From contig JADGPF010000026.1 in the NCBI GenBank assembly GCA_017882585.1, positions 1,336 through 65,335 on the forward strand: DNA of 64,000 nt, read 5' to 3'. The notes under the pieces were generated by a model. That model searched no databases. It saw only the letters and a list, made by a program, of their open reading frames with translations, and was not told where the DNA came from. Both the position numbers and the translations under genes were made by a program. Below are positions 9,194-18,434 of this stretch, piece after piece (the first letter of the stretch is position 1; the number at the start of each line of letters is the position of its first letter). The stretch comes from Thermoleophilia bacterium. Lineage in GTDB: Bacteria > Actinomycetota > Thermoleophilia > Miltoncostaeales > Miltoncostaeaceae.

Positions 9194-9289
9194 CGATCAC
9201 GGGCGCGGCAGCGGGGGCGGGCGTGACGCGGGCGGCGGGTCGTCCATTCGGTATCCGAGCGGCGGGATGCCGACGTGCTCACTGCGGCC

Positions 9290-10480
9290 TTAGAGGCCCT
9301 CAACCCCCCGGCGGATCCGGTCCAGACCCTCCTCCAGGACGTCGTCCGGGCACGCGTACGTGAGTCGGATGTGTCCCTCACCGCGGTCACCGAACGAGCT
9401 CCCTGCGACGACGCCGACGCCGTGGCTGTCGATCAGGTGGTCGGCGAACTGCTGGGCGGTCATGCCCGTGCCGCGAATGTCGGGGAACACATAGAACGAG
9501 CCGTCGGGGCTCAGGCACTCGATGCCGTCGATCGCGTTGAGGGCGGCGACGGTCTTGTCGCGCTTGGCCTGCAGGCGGGCGGTCTGCGTGAGCACGTGGT
9601 CCTGGGGGCCCGTGATCGCTGCCAGGGCGGCGATCTGCACGAACGCCGGCACGTTGGTGACCGAGTTCTGCTGGAAGATGTCCATCGCGGTGATGAGCTC
9701 TCTGTTGGCCACACACCAGCCGATCCGGAACCCGGTCATGATGTAGGTCTTGCTGAACGTGTCGACCAGGATGGACTGGTCGGCCATGCCGGGAACGGCG
9801 GCGATCGTCTGGTGCACGGACGGCGCATAGACCATGTGGCTGAAGATCTCGTCGGTCAACACCACGACATTGTGCTCGAGACAGATCTCGGCGATCTCGT
9901 CGAGGTGGCCGACGGCCATGCCGTTCGGGCGCTGCGGCGAGTTGATGATCAGCATCTTGGTCTTCGGCGTGATCAGGCTGCGCAGACTGTCCAGGTCGAA
10001 GTGGAAGTCCGGCTCAACCAGCGGTGCGTAGACGACCTTGCCGCCGGCGTATGTGATCCAGAACTCGTCCGGCGGGTAGCCGGGGTTCGGGAAGATGACC
10101 TCGTCGCCCTGGTCGACCATCGTCAACAGGGACTGGGTCAAGGCGTGCTTCGCGCCCATCGTGACGAGCACCTCATCACGCTCGGTCGGGCGACCGCGCT
10201 TGGTGGCCTCATCGGCGATGGCGTCACGCAACTCGGGAATACCCGGGCCCGGGACGTAGCGCACGTGTCCTTCGTGTACCGCTCGGGCTGCAGCCTCGTA
10301 GATGTGCGGCGCAGGGTAGAACTCGTCGCCCTGGAAGTCGCCCTTCTCGAAGTGAATGACCCGCTTGCCGGTCTCCCGCTCGAGGGCCTCCGCCTTGCGC
10401 ATGGACGCCCACTGCTTGGGCAACACGAAGTGCGAGGTGCGGCTCGAGAGACGGAGCCGTGATGTGCCTGCGGTCGCCAT
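9290..10480 (-). CDS. Pyridoxal-phosphate-dependent aminotransferase, class I/II (aspartate/aromatic aminotransferase-like)
   Basis: 396 aa. PLP-lysine motif SKTYIMTGFRIGW and NPGYPPDEF (NP.NPTG-like) are present, with typical fold-type I length. Confidence 0.9.
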   Translation of the reverse strand: MATAGTSRLRLSSRTSHFVLPKQWASMRKAEALERETGKRVIHFEKGDFQGDEFYPAPHIYEAAARAVHEGHVRYVPGPGIPELRDAIADEATKRGRPTERDEVLVTMGAKHALTQSLLTMVDQGDEVIFPNPGYPPDEFWITYAGGKVVYAPLVEPDFHFDLDSLRSLITPKTKMLIINSPQRPNGMAVGHLDEIAEICLEHNVVVLTDEIFSHMVYAPSVHQTIAAVPGMADQSILVDTFSKTYIMTGFRIGWCVANRELITAMDIFQQNSVTNVPAFVQIAALAAITGPQDHVLTQTARLQAKRDKTVAALNAIDGIECLSPDGSFYVFPDIRGTGMTAQQFADHLIDSHGVGVVAGSSFGDRGEGHIRLTYACPDDVLEEGLDRIRRGVEGL

Positions 10481-10546
10481 AAGGCGTATCTCCTTAATAC
10501 TCGGCTAGTACGAAACAGTACGGAGTCTGAAGTCGCGGGCAGAAGC

Positions 10547-11455
10547 CTAGCGACTCGGTAATGGACCCCTAGAAACCAACCGCGATCCATCGCGGGGGAG
10601 GGCGTCCGACGCCGCCCAGGCGGGTGCATGTCCGGCGCCCAGTCGCAGCGAAAGACTGTGCGCCGCGGCGATGACGACGCGTGCAAGCTCCTCGATGCGG
10701 GCCGGAGTGACGCGGGTGACAGGTCCGCCGATGCCGATCGCGGCGACCACACGGCCGGAGCTGTCGCGAACGGGGGCCCCGATGCATCTCAGGCCCTCGT
10801 CGAACTCCTCGTTGTCCACTGAATAGCCGCGCTCCCGGATTGCGGCGAGTTCGACTCTCAGTTGATCAACGTTGGTGATGGTGTTCGGGGTGAACACCTC
10901 CAACTCACGCGTCAACAGGATCTGATCGACGACGTCAGCGCTTGCGTAGGCGAGCAGGATCTTGCCCAAGTTGGTGGCGTGGGCGGGGTACCCCCGCCGC
11001 ACGGCCGACGGCAGGCGCAGCGCCCGTCGGGTTTCCACGCGCTCGATGTACACCGCCTGGCCGCCTTCGAGAACAGCCAAGTGGCCGGTTTCGCCGGTAT
11101 CGCGGACGAGGCCCTCGAGGAAGGGCAGCGCCTCGTCCCACAGGTCGAGCCGCTGTGAGACAAGACCGCCGAGCTCGAACAGGCGCCAGCCGAGCCGGTA
11201 CTTGCCCGAATGCGGTGCCCGCTCGACGAAACCCAGATGCTCGAGGTTCACAAGGAAGCGATGGGTCGTCGCCTTGTGCAAACCCAGGCGCTCGGAAAGA
11301 TCGCTGAGGCGCAGCTCGGGTTCGTCGGCGCTGAACGCACCGAGGATCGCGGCAGCCCGCTCGAGGGCCTGGACCCGGTACTGCGGCTGAAACGAATCGT
11401 GGCTCCGCGCGGAAGCTGATGTGGGTTGATCGGTGATTGGTGCGGTTTCTTGCAT
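10547..11455 (-). CDS. IclR-family transcriptional regulator
   Basis: The N-terminal winged HTH LSDLSERLGLHKATTHRFLVNLEHLGFVER and the C-terminal effector domain (GETGHLAVLEG...YIERVE..., ...NEEFDEGLRCIGAPV) are typical of IclR. Confidence 0.9.
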   Translation of the reverse strand: MQETAPITDQPTSASARSHDSFQPQYRVQALERAAAILGAFSADEPELRLSDLSERLGLHKATTHRFLVNLEHLGFVERAPHSGKYRLGWRLFELGGLVSQRLDLWDEALPFLEGLVRDTGETGHLAVLEGGQAVYIERVETRRALRLPSAVRRGYPAHATNLGKILLAYASADVVDQILLTRELEVFTPNTITNVDQLRVELAAIRERGYSVDNEEFDEGLRCIGAPVRDSSGRVVAAIGIGGPVTRVTPARIEELARVVIAAAHSLSLRLGAGHAPAWAASDALPRDGSRLVSRGPLPSR

Positions 11456-11676
11456 CGTGAGATGGGGTCTCGTAACGAATGGAACAAACGGTATTTACAC
11501 CCGTCCGATCCCCAGCACAAGGCGTGGGGCCCAACTTACGGGCATCTGGGGGCGCCGTCGTCGGCGAAGCCAGGCCACATCGTTGCGTTCGTCACAGCCG
11601 CGGCGTCGGTTGCCGCGAGATGGCTAGACTTCATCAGGCCTCGCCGTGACCGAATCCCCGAGGAGGGCCTCCCGCG

Positions 11677-12483
11677 ATGGACTTCGAAGACATCCTTTAC
11701 GAGGTCGATGGCGCACGCGCCACGATCACGCTGAACCGACCCGCGAAGCTCAACGCGTTCCGGACCCAGACCCTCGAGGAACTCTGCGTGGCCTTCGAGA
11801 GATCGGCAGACGACGAGCGGGTCGGCGTGATCGTGTTCACGGGCGCCGGCGAACGCGCTTTCTGCGTCGGCGGGGACGTCGCCGATCCGACGCGCACGAT
11901 TCAACAGAAGCGTCATGTCCACCATGTCAGCGACCGACTTGCCGTGGCGATCCGCAACAACGGCAAGCCGATCATCGTCAAGGTGCGTGGCTATTGCATC
12001 GGCGGCGGCAACGAGCTGAACGTCATGTGTGACCTGACGATCTCGGGGGAGTCCGGCAAGTTCGGTCAGGCCGGACCGAAGATCGGCAGCGCGCCGCTGT
12101 GGTGGGGCTGCCAGTTGATGCCCGCCGTCGTCGGCGAGAAGAAGGCTCGGGAGATCCTTTACCTGACCCGCCAATACACGGCCGACGAAGCCCTCCAAAT
12201 GGGGCTGGTCAACAAGGTGGTGCCCGACGATCAGCTCGATGCCGAAGTTGACGCGTGGTGTACCCAGATCCTGCAGCGGTCCCCGCAGGGATTGCGCCTC
12301 GCCAAGCTCGCGATGAACTCTGCCACCGATGTGCTGTACGGCTCTGTCCAGCACGGGCTCGAGCTTGTGGCCCTCAACCACATCTTCGGCCCTGAGCCCC
12401 AGGAGGGCATCGCGTCGTTCCAGGAAAAGCGCAAGCCGGACTGGCGGCGTTTCCGCGAGGGCGCCGGCCCAGATCCGGGCTGA
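11677..12483 (+). CDS. Crotonase-superfamily enzyme of the MenB/BadI subgroup (naphthoate-synthase / 2-ketocyclohexanecarboxyl-CoA-hydrolase-like)
   Basis: ITLNRPAKLNAF, FTGAGERAFCVGGD, FGQAGPKIGSAPLWWG, VGEKKAREILYLTRQYTADEALQMGLVNKVVP and C-terminal ASFQEKRKPDW follow the MenB/BadI pattern closely. Confidence 0.85.
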   Translation: MDFEDILYEVDGARATITLNRPAKLNAFRTQTLEELCVAFERSADDERVGVIVFTGAGERAFCVGGDVADPTRTIQQKRHVHHVSDRLAVAIRNNGKPIIVKVRGYCIGGGNELNVMCDLTISGESGKFGQAGPKIGSAPLWWGCQLMPAVVGEKKAREILYLTRQYTADEALQMGLVNKVVPDDQLDAEVDAWCTQILQRSPQGLRLAKLAMNSATDVLYGSVQHGLELVALNHIFGPEPQEGIASFQEKRKPDWRRFREGAGPDPG

Positions 12484-12506
12484 TCGCCGAGGGGATCCGA
12501 CCGACC

Positions 12507-13715
12507 ATGACCTCTTTGCAGCCCCCGCCACCGGCCATCAGTGCACCGACTGCGCTGTGGGACGCGATCGACTACGCCCAGCGGGGACGTCGCGTCTCGC
12601 GTGAGCTAGCGCTGTCATTGGCCGACGTGTCCCGTAGCCACCATGCCGCGCTCTGGGCCGCCGCCGCCCAGATGCGCGACCTCGGTCGTCCGCCTGTCGT
12701 CACCTATTCGCGCAAGGTCTTCATCCCGCTGACGAACCTGTGTCGCGACGTGTGCTCGTACTGCACATTCGCCAAGAACCCCGGCGATCCGCGGGCGCAC
12801 ACGATGAGTCCGGACGAGGTCATGGCCATCGCCCGGGCCGGTGAGCGGATGGGGTGCAAGGAGGCGCTGTTCTGTCTTGGAGATCGCCCCGAGGCGCGCT
12901 GGCCCAGCCATCGCGAACTGCTCAAGCGATACGGCCACACCACGACCCACGGGTACCTGGTCGCGATGTGCAAGCGGGTCATCGAAGAGACGGGGCTGCT
13001 GCCGCATCCCAACGCCGGGGTGATGTCATCGCGCGAGTTGGCGGAGCTCAAGGAGGTATCGGCGAGCCAAGGCCTCATGCTCGAGACGGTCGCCGACCGC
13101 CTCTGCGGCGCGGGTGGCCCGCACGAACACGCCCCCGATAAACGCCCGTCGACGCGTCTTGCGGTGATCCGCAAGGCCGGGCAGCTGCAAATCCCGTTCA
13201 CCACGGGGATCCTCATCGGGATCGGAGAAACGCCGCGCGAGCGGGTCGAGGCCCTGCTGGCGATCCGGGATCTCCAGGATGAATACGGGCACATCCAGGA
13301 GATCATCGTCCAGAACTTCCGCGCCAAGGAGCACACGCCGATGGCCGCGGCAGGTGAGCCGGGACTCATTGAGCTGATGACCGCGTGTGCGATCGCGCGG
13401 CTGATCATGGGGCCTGACGCACACATTCAGGCTCCGCCGAATCTCTCTGCGGACTATGGCCCGTTGCTGCTGGCCGGCATCGATGACTGGGGCGGGATCT
13501 CGCCGTTGACGCCGGACTTCATCAATCCGGAAGCGCCGTGGCCCAACATCGGCGCGCTCGGCGCGTTGTGCCAAGAGGCCGGCTACGCGCTGACCGAACG
13601 TCTAACGATCTACCCGGACTACATCGACCGCCCAGGGTTCGTCGCCCCCGCCGTGCAGCCCTTCATCCATGCGCAGCTCGATTGCGCGCCAGGATTGGTA
13701 CAGGTGCCCAGGTGA
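12507..13715 (+). CDS. cofG: 7,8-didemethyl-8-hydroxy-5-deazariboflavin (FO) synthase subunit CofG, radical SAM
   Basis: Radical-SAM cluster motif NLCRDVCSYCTF is present. The GILIGIGET and IQEIIVQNFRAK segments are typical of CofG and the N-terminal half of FbiC. Confidence 0.9.
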   Translation: MTSLQPPPPAISAPTALWDAIDYAQRGRRVSRELALSLADVSRSHHAALWAAAAQMRDLGRPPVVTYSRKVFIPLTNLCRDVCSYCTFAKNPGDPRAHTMSPDEVMAIARAGERMGCKEALFCLGDRPEARWPSHRELLKRYGHTTTHGYLVAMCKRVIEETGLLPHPNAGVMSSRELAELKEVSASQGLMLETVADRLCGAGGPHEHAPDKRPSTRLAVIRKAGQLQIPFTTGILIGIGETPRERVEALLAIRDLQDEYGHIQEIIVQNFRAKEHTPMAAAGEPGLIELMTACAIARLIMGPDAHIQAPPNLSADYGPLLLAGIDDWGGISPLTPDFINPEAPWPNIGALGALCQEAGYALTERLTIYPDYIDRPGFVAPAVQPFIHAQLDCAPGLVQVPR

Positions 13716-15586
13716 TCGTCACCTTCAGTCGCACCATCACGATCGGCAGCACGACCAGCGAGGATGAGCTGCGCCGCTCCCGTGCCGAGGGCGCAACCAC
13801 AGCCCAGATCGACGGTGATCCTGCCGCGGTGACAGCCGCCGTGCTGGCCGCGGGCCTGCTTGGGGTTGTCGGTTCGGCAGACCAGTCAGCCATCGCGTGG
13901 CTGGTCGACCCGCATGACGCGATCCGGCTCCACGACGCGGGCGTCAGCGGCGCGCGCATCACCGTACGCACCAGCGGCCCCAAGCGCGACGTGCTCGATG
14001 CCGCCGTGCGCGCCGCCGCGGCGTGGGTCCGCGCCGAACAGAACGAGGTGGCGGCGGTCGCAGCGCTGGTGGATCTGCCGGGGCTCGGCGTCGCCATCTC
14101 GAGTGCGGTCGACTCGCTCGAGGGCGCATTGCGCGCGATCGCCGACGGTGCGTCGGATCTGATCATCCCGCACACATGGTCCGACGTCGAGGTCGGTCGA
14201 CTGCGCGATGCGCTCGCGGACCACCTGCTGGTCGAGCGCACTGCACTGCCGCTGTTTGCGAGCATCGACGCCATGCGGGGCATGCTCTCGCCAACGGAAT
14301 TCCGGGCATGGTGCAACCAGACCGACGGTTCGGGCGCCGCGCGCCCGCGCTACGAGTGGGCGCCCGGGCGTGACATGGCTGCGCCCGTGCCCGACGTACG
14401 CTTTTCAGCCGAATGGTCCGATGACGCTTGGACCAGACGCGCCCCCTCGGCCGACACCGGACGGAGTCGACCGGAGATCGCGCGGATCCTGGCCCGTTCG
14501 CTCGACGGCGAGGCGCCGACCGAGATCGAGGTCGCGTTGTTGTTCACCGCGCGCGGCCCGGAAGTCGACGCGATCGCCGCCGTCGCCGACGAGCTCCGCG
14601 AGCGCCGGTGTGGCGAGACGGTCAGCTATGTGATCAACCGCAACATCAACTACACCAACCAGTGCTACTTCCGCTGCGGGTTCTGTGGGTTCTCCCGCGG
14701 CCCGAAGAGCCTGGAATTCCGTGACGACCCGTACCTGCTGTCGATCGACAACATCGTCGAGCGATCGAAGGAAGCCTGGGCGCTCGGCGCTACGGAGGTG
14801 TGCCTGGTCGGCGGAATCCACCCCAGTTTCGACGGCAACTTTTACCTGGACATCGTCAAGTCGGTCAAAGCCGAACTTCCCGACATGCACATCCACGGGT
14901 TCACGCCGTTGGAGATCTGGCAGGGCGCAGCGACACTTGACGTCGACGTCCCCGACTTCCTGGCGATGCTCAAGGGCGCGGGACTCGGCACGTTGCCAGG
15001 CACGGCGGCCGAGATCCTCGACGATCGCGTGCGCGAGTACCTGTGCCCCGACAAGTTGCGGACGGCCGAATGGGCCTACGTCATGATCAGCGCGCACGAG
15101 CTCGGGCTCCGCGCCACGAGCACGATTATGCACGGGCACATTGACTATCCAGAGGCCACCGCGCGCCACTATGAGGTGCTGCGGGAGATCCAGCGTCGCA
15201 CCGGCGGATTTACCGAATTCGTCCCGCTGCCGTTCGTGCATATGGGGGCGCCGATGTACCTCCAGGGCAAGTCCCGCCCGGGCCCGACCTGGGACGAAGT
15301 GGTGCTGATTCACGCGGTGGCGCGAATCGCGTTCGACGGTCTGATCCCCAACATCCAGGCCAGCTGGGTCAAGCTCGGCCTCGAGGCCGGTGCCCGGCTG
15401 CTCGAGGCGGGGTGCAACGACATCGGCGGAACGTTGATGAACGAGAGCATCTCCCGTGCATCGGGGGCGGCGCACGGTCAGCTGGCCACGCCGGACGAGC
15501 TTGAACAGGCGATCCGGAGGATGGATCGCATGCCGGTGCAGCGAACGACGCTCTACGAGCTGGTGGACACCGCCACCCCTGCCTGA
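13712..15586 (+). CDS. cofH: FO synthase subunit CofH (radical SAM) with an about 250-aa N-terminal extension of unknown function
   Basis: GTG at 13712 overlaps the cofG TGA (13713-13715) as GTGA. The CofH core starts near aa 250 of this CDS (EIARILARSLDGEAPTEIEVALLF ... NRNINYTNQCYFRCGFCGFSR ... EVCLVGGIHP). The upstream 250 codons keep the G/C third-position bias. Confidence 0.85.
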   Translation: MIVTFSRTITIGSTTSEDELRRSRAEGATTAQIDGDPAAVTAAVLAAGLLGVVGSADQSAIAWLVDPHDAIRLHDAGVSGARITVRTSGPKRDVLDAAVRAAAAWVRAEQNEVAAVAALVDLPGLGVAISSAVDSLEGALRAIADGASDLIIPHTWSDVEVGRLRDALADHLLVERTALPLFASIDAMRGMLSPTEFRAWCNQTDGSGAARPRYEWAPGRDMAAPVPDVRFSAEWSDDAWTRRAPSADTGRSRPEIARILARSLDGEAPTEIEVALLFTARGPEVDAIAAVADELRERRCGETVSYVINRNINYTNQCYFRCGFCGFSRGPKSLEFRDDPYLLSIDNIVERSKEAWALGATEVCLVGGIHPSFDGNFYLDIVKSVKAELPDMHIHGFTPLEIWQGAATLDVDVPDFLAMLKGAGLGTLPGTAAEILDDRVREYLCPDKLRTAEWAYVMISAHELGLRATSTIMHGHIDYPEATARHYEVLREIQRRTGGFTEFVPLPFVHMGAPMYLQGKSRPGPTWDEVVLIHAVARIAFDGLIPNIQASWVKLGLEAGARLLEAGCNDIGGTLMNESISRASGAAHGQLATPDELEQAIRRMDRMPVQRTTLYELVDTATPA

Positions 15587-15614
15587 GCCGGTCCTCGCTG
15601 ACGGGGCCCGTCGA

Positions 15615-15637
15615 CCCCCGCCCGCGGTGGGCGGGGG
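15615..15637. terminator. GC hairpin between convergent cofH and hydrolase genes (putative bidirectional terminator)
   Basis: cccccgccc-gcggt-gggcggggg forms a perfect 9-bp stem, read directly. There is no U-tract. Confidence 0.45.
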
Positions 15638-15646
15638 CCTGGGAAT

Positions 15647-16351
15647 CTAGGCGGCGACGGCCTGGGGCTCGCGGTGCAGCACTTCGCCGATGGCTTCAGA
15701 CAGCGCTTCCGGGAACTCCGCGGCGATGTCGTGGCCGGCGTTGAGGGTATGGACCCGCGCACCGCGCACCCACGTTCCGAGCTCGCGCTGGAGTTCCACG
15801 GGCGCGGTTCGGTCGCCAGTGGTCGCCAGGACGACCGTCGGGACATCGAGTTGCGGCAGCGCGCCACGCCAATCCGGGCGGTTGGCCATCGCCTCGGCGG
15901 TGAAGGCGATGCCCTCGCGATTGCGCTCGCGCAGGATGCGCGCGACCTTGGTCCACCGATCCTGCGCCTTGGCGTCCTCGCTGCGGGGGCTGATGCCCGT
16001 CACGACGAGTCCGTTGACCAGGCCCGGGTGACCGAGCGCAAGCGCGAGCGCCGCAGCACCACCGACGCCCTGACCGACCACAACGGCCGGGCCGCCTTCG
16101 GCGGCGATGATTCGTGCCACGTCCGAAGCGAAGTCATCGATGCTCCAGGGCCCCGATGGCGACGGCGACTTGCCGTGGCCACGCAGGTCCGGCGCGATGA
16201 TCCGATATTCGCGCTGCGGAAGCAACGACAGCGCATCCAGCATCTGGCGGCCATCGTGGTTGAGGTCGTGGAGCCCGACGACGAGCTGACCGCGTCCACG
16301 GTGACGCACGTTGAGGTCAATTGCGGGAGGAAGGGACGGCATTCGAGCCAA
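15647..16351 (-). CDS. Alpha/beta-hydrolase-fold protein lacking the nucleophile serine
   Basis: The fold markers IIAPDLRGHGKS, TGDRTAP (Asp) and NAGHDI (His) are present. The nucleophile elbow reads VVGQGVGGAAA, with Gly where G-x-S-x-G has Ser. I checked the DNA: gtc ggt cag ggc gtc ggt ggt. Confidence 0.8.
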   Translation of the reverse strand: MARMPSLPPAIDLNVRHRGRGQLVVGLHDLNHDGRQMLDALSLLPQREYRIIAPDLRGHGKSPSPSGPWSIDDFASDVARIIAAEGGPAVVVGQGVGGAAALALALGHPGLVNGLVVTGISPRSEDAKAQDRWTKVARILRERNREGIAFTAEAMANRPDWRGALPQLDVPTVVLATTGDRTAPVELQRELGTWVRGARVHTLNAGHDIAAEFPEALSEAIGEVLHREPQAVAA

Positions 16352-16443
16352 ACCTCACTAATAGCAGGCGAAAGAAAATGTGTTTCACCGGTTAATTTAT
16401 TAGGCCCCTAACGTTCTGTCAAACCCCCCACGGTATGCCCGGT

Positions 16444-17211
16444 TCAACGCCGGTCAGGGAGCCCCTGCAGGAATCCGGCGACGACCTCGGCCACCTCATG
16501 GGGACGCTCGAGGGCCGTGAGGTGCCCCGCGCCAGAAATCTCCACGAGCCGAGCGTCTGGGATGCCGTCGGCGAGGACGCGGGCCGCCGCCGGAGGCGTG
16601 ACCAGATCCTCGCTCCCGACGACGACGAGGGTCGGGAGCGCGAGGTGGGCGAGTTCCCGCCGACGATCCGGGCGCCCGGCGAGCGCGGCCAGCGCGCCGG
16701 TGAGCGCGTCGGACGACTGGCGGCCCGCGCAGGCCGCGAGCTCGTCACGGACGTCGCCCGATGCGCCGGCGGCAACCAGACGCGGGAGCAGGCCCGACAG
16801 GTAATCATCGCGACCGCCGCCGGCCACCACCGCGGCGGCGTCATGCCGGGCCCGCCGCGTGGCGGGATCGTCCGCGTCCGCGCGAGCGTCGGCCAGGATC
16901 AGCGCGCTTACGCGCTCGGGATGTCGAGCGGCCAGGGCCAACGCCGTGTATCCGCCCATCGAGAGGCCCATCACATACGCGACGCCATGCGGGGCGCCGG
17001 TGCCGATCCTCATGGCCACGGCATCGGCGGCGCTTGCAATGGTCCAACCGACCTCGGGCGCGGCGTTGCCGAAGCCCGGTGCTTCCGGTGTGATGATCTC
17101 GCGCATGCCGCCGAGCGCGGACCGGAACCGGTTCCAGAACGTCGCATCGGCCGGGTACGGGTGGAGGAGGACGAGCGGGGTTGTCGCTGGCATCGGTTCA
17201 GCCTCGCACAC
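16444..17211 (-). CDS. Alpha/beta hydrolase (intact catalytic triad motifs)
   Basis: YVMGLSMGGYTALALA (G-x-S-x-G), VVGSEDLVTP (Asp) and ISGAGHLTALERP (His) are all present. Confidence 0.85.
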   Translation of the reverse strand: MCEAEPMPATTPLVLLHPYPADATFWNRFRSALGGMREIITPEAPGFGNAAPEVGWTIASAADAVAMRIGTGAPHGVAYVMGLSMGGYTALALAARHPERVSALILADARADADDPATRRARHDAAAVVAGGGRDDYLSGLLPRLVAAGASGDVRDELAACAGRQSSDALTGALAALAGRPDRRRELAHLALPTLVVVGSEDLVTPPAAARVLADGIPDARLVEISGAGHLTALERPHEVAEVVAGFLQGLPDRR

Positions 17212-17415
17212 CGGTCAACTGCGCCAGTCGCGCGATGTTCGCGCAGGGCCGGCGGGCAGAATGGGGAATGTGACGTGGAAATGCCCCGCGTTTTACCCGC
17301 GGCCGTATGCTTTGCCGTCGCGTGATGCCGCTGCGCGCCGACCCGCGTGACGAATGACCGCCCTGCAGGCGGCTGGAGTGCGTATGGAAATTCAGGATGT
17401 CCAAGGTGGTAGCCG

Positions 17416-18171
17416 GTGACGCACGAGGGTGGGGTCTGGGTCACACTCCCCACGTACAACGAGGCCGAGAACATCGACCGGATGCTCGACGCGCTGATGG
17501 AGGTCTTCGCCCATGCGGACATCGATGGTCACGTCCTGGTCGTCGACGATCGCTCGCCGGATGGGACCGGCGACATCGCCGATCGTCATGCCGCGGAGAA
17601 CCCGCGCATCCACGTACTGCACCGGACCACAAAGCAGGGGATCGGCCCCGCCTACCGCGCGGGATTTCGGTATGCGCTCGATGCCGGGGCGCAGTTGATC
17701 GTTGAGATGGACTGCGACTTCTCGCACGATCCCCGGGTGTTGCCCACCCTCATCGAGGCGGCCGAGGATGCCGACTTGGTGCTCGGAAGCCGCTACGTGG
17801 CCGGGGGTGGCACCCGAAAATGGGGCTGGACGCGGCGCGCGATCAGCCGGAGCGGTTGCCTGTATGCCAAGACGATCCTCAACGTGCCGATCAACGATCT
17901 CACGGGCGGATTCAAGTGCTTTCGCCGCGACGTGCTCGAGGCGATTCCGCTCGATCAGGTGCATGCGGCCGGCTACGGTTTCCAGATCGAGATGACCTAT
18001 CGCGCGCTCATGCTCGGCTTCCGGGTCATCGAGGTCCCCATCATCTTCACCGACCGCGAATACGGGGAATCGAAGATGAGTGGGACCATCGTCCTGGAGG
18101 CGGCGACGCTCGTCCCGCGTCTGCGCTGGCGCCTGCGTCACGCGCGCAAGCAGCGGCCAGTGGCCGCCTGA
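17416..18171 (+). CDS. ppm1: Polyprenol-monophosphomannose synthase / dolichol-phosphate mannosyltransferase-like GT2 glycosyltransferase
   Basis: VTLPTYNEAENI, VLVVDDRSPDGTGDI, EMDCDFSHDP and GGFKCFRR are typical Ppm1/DPM1 motifs. The start codon is GTG. Confidence 0.9.
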   Translation: MTHEGGVWVTLPTYNEAENIDRMLDALMEVFAHADIDGHVLVVDDRSPDGTGDIADRHAAENPRIHVLHRTTKQGIGPAYRAGFRYALDAGAQLIVEMDCDFSHDPRVLPTLIEAAEDADLVLGSRYVAGGGTRKWGWTRRAISRSGCLYAKTILNVPINDLTGGFKCFRRDVLEAIPLDQVHAAGYGFQIEMTYRALMLGFRVIEVPIIFTDREYGESKMSGTIVLEAATLVPRLRWRLRHARKQRPVAA

Positions 18172-18434
18172 TGGGCTGCCCGAACCGGGTCGCGGCCGGG
18201 GCCCGGTGTCACACCGAGCCCGGTTGTGGGCCCAGCAGCGCGGGGCTAGGATCCGGCTCGCCGCGGGCACCTGAATCCGCGTCGCGCGTCCGGCCGGTGG
18301 CCAGCCCGTCCGAACCCGTCGTTGCGGGCCGTCTGGCCGCGCGATGCCGGCAACGCGGCCTGCGCCATGCACGACCCCCGATACGGCGACGCCGGTCTCC
18401 CGGCGCGCTGAGTGCCCGAGGAGGCAGGATCTAG

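Noticed and set aside
13538-13711. Upstream 58 codons of track ORF 13538..15586, as an alternative cofH start.
   Set aside because: They lie inside cofG in another frame and are Arg/Pro-rich (MAQHRRARRVVPRGRLRADR...). The GTG at 13712 forms a GTGA overlap with the cofG stop.
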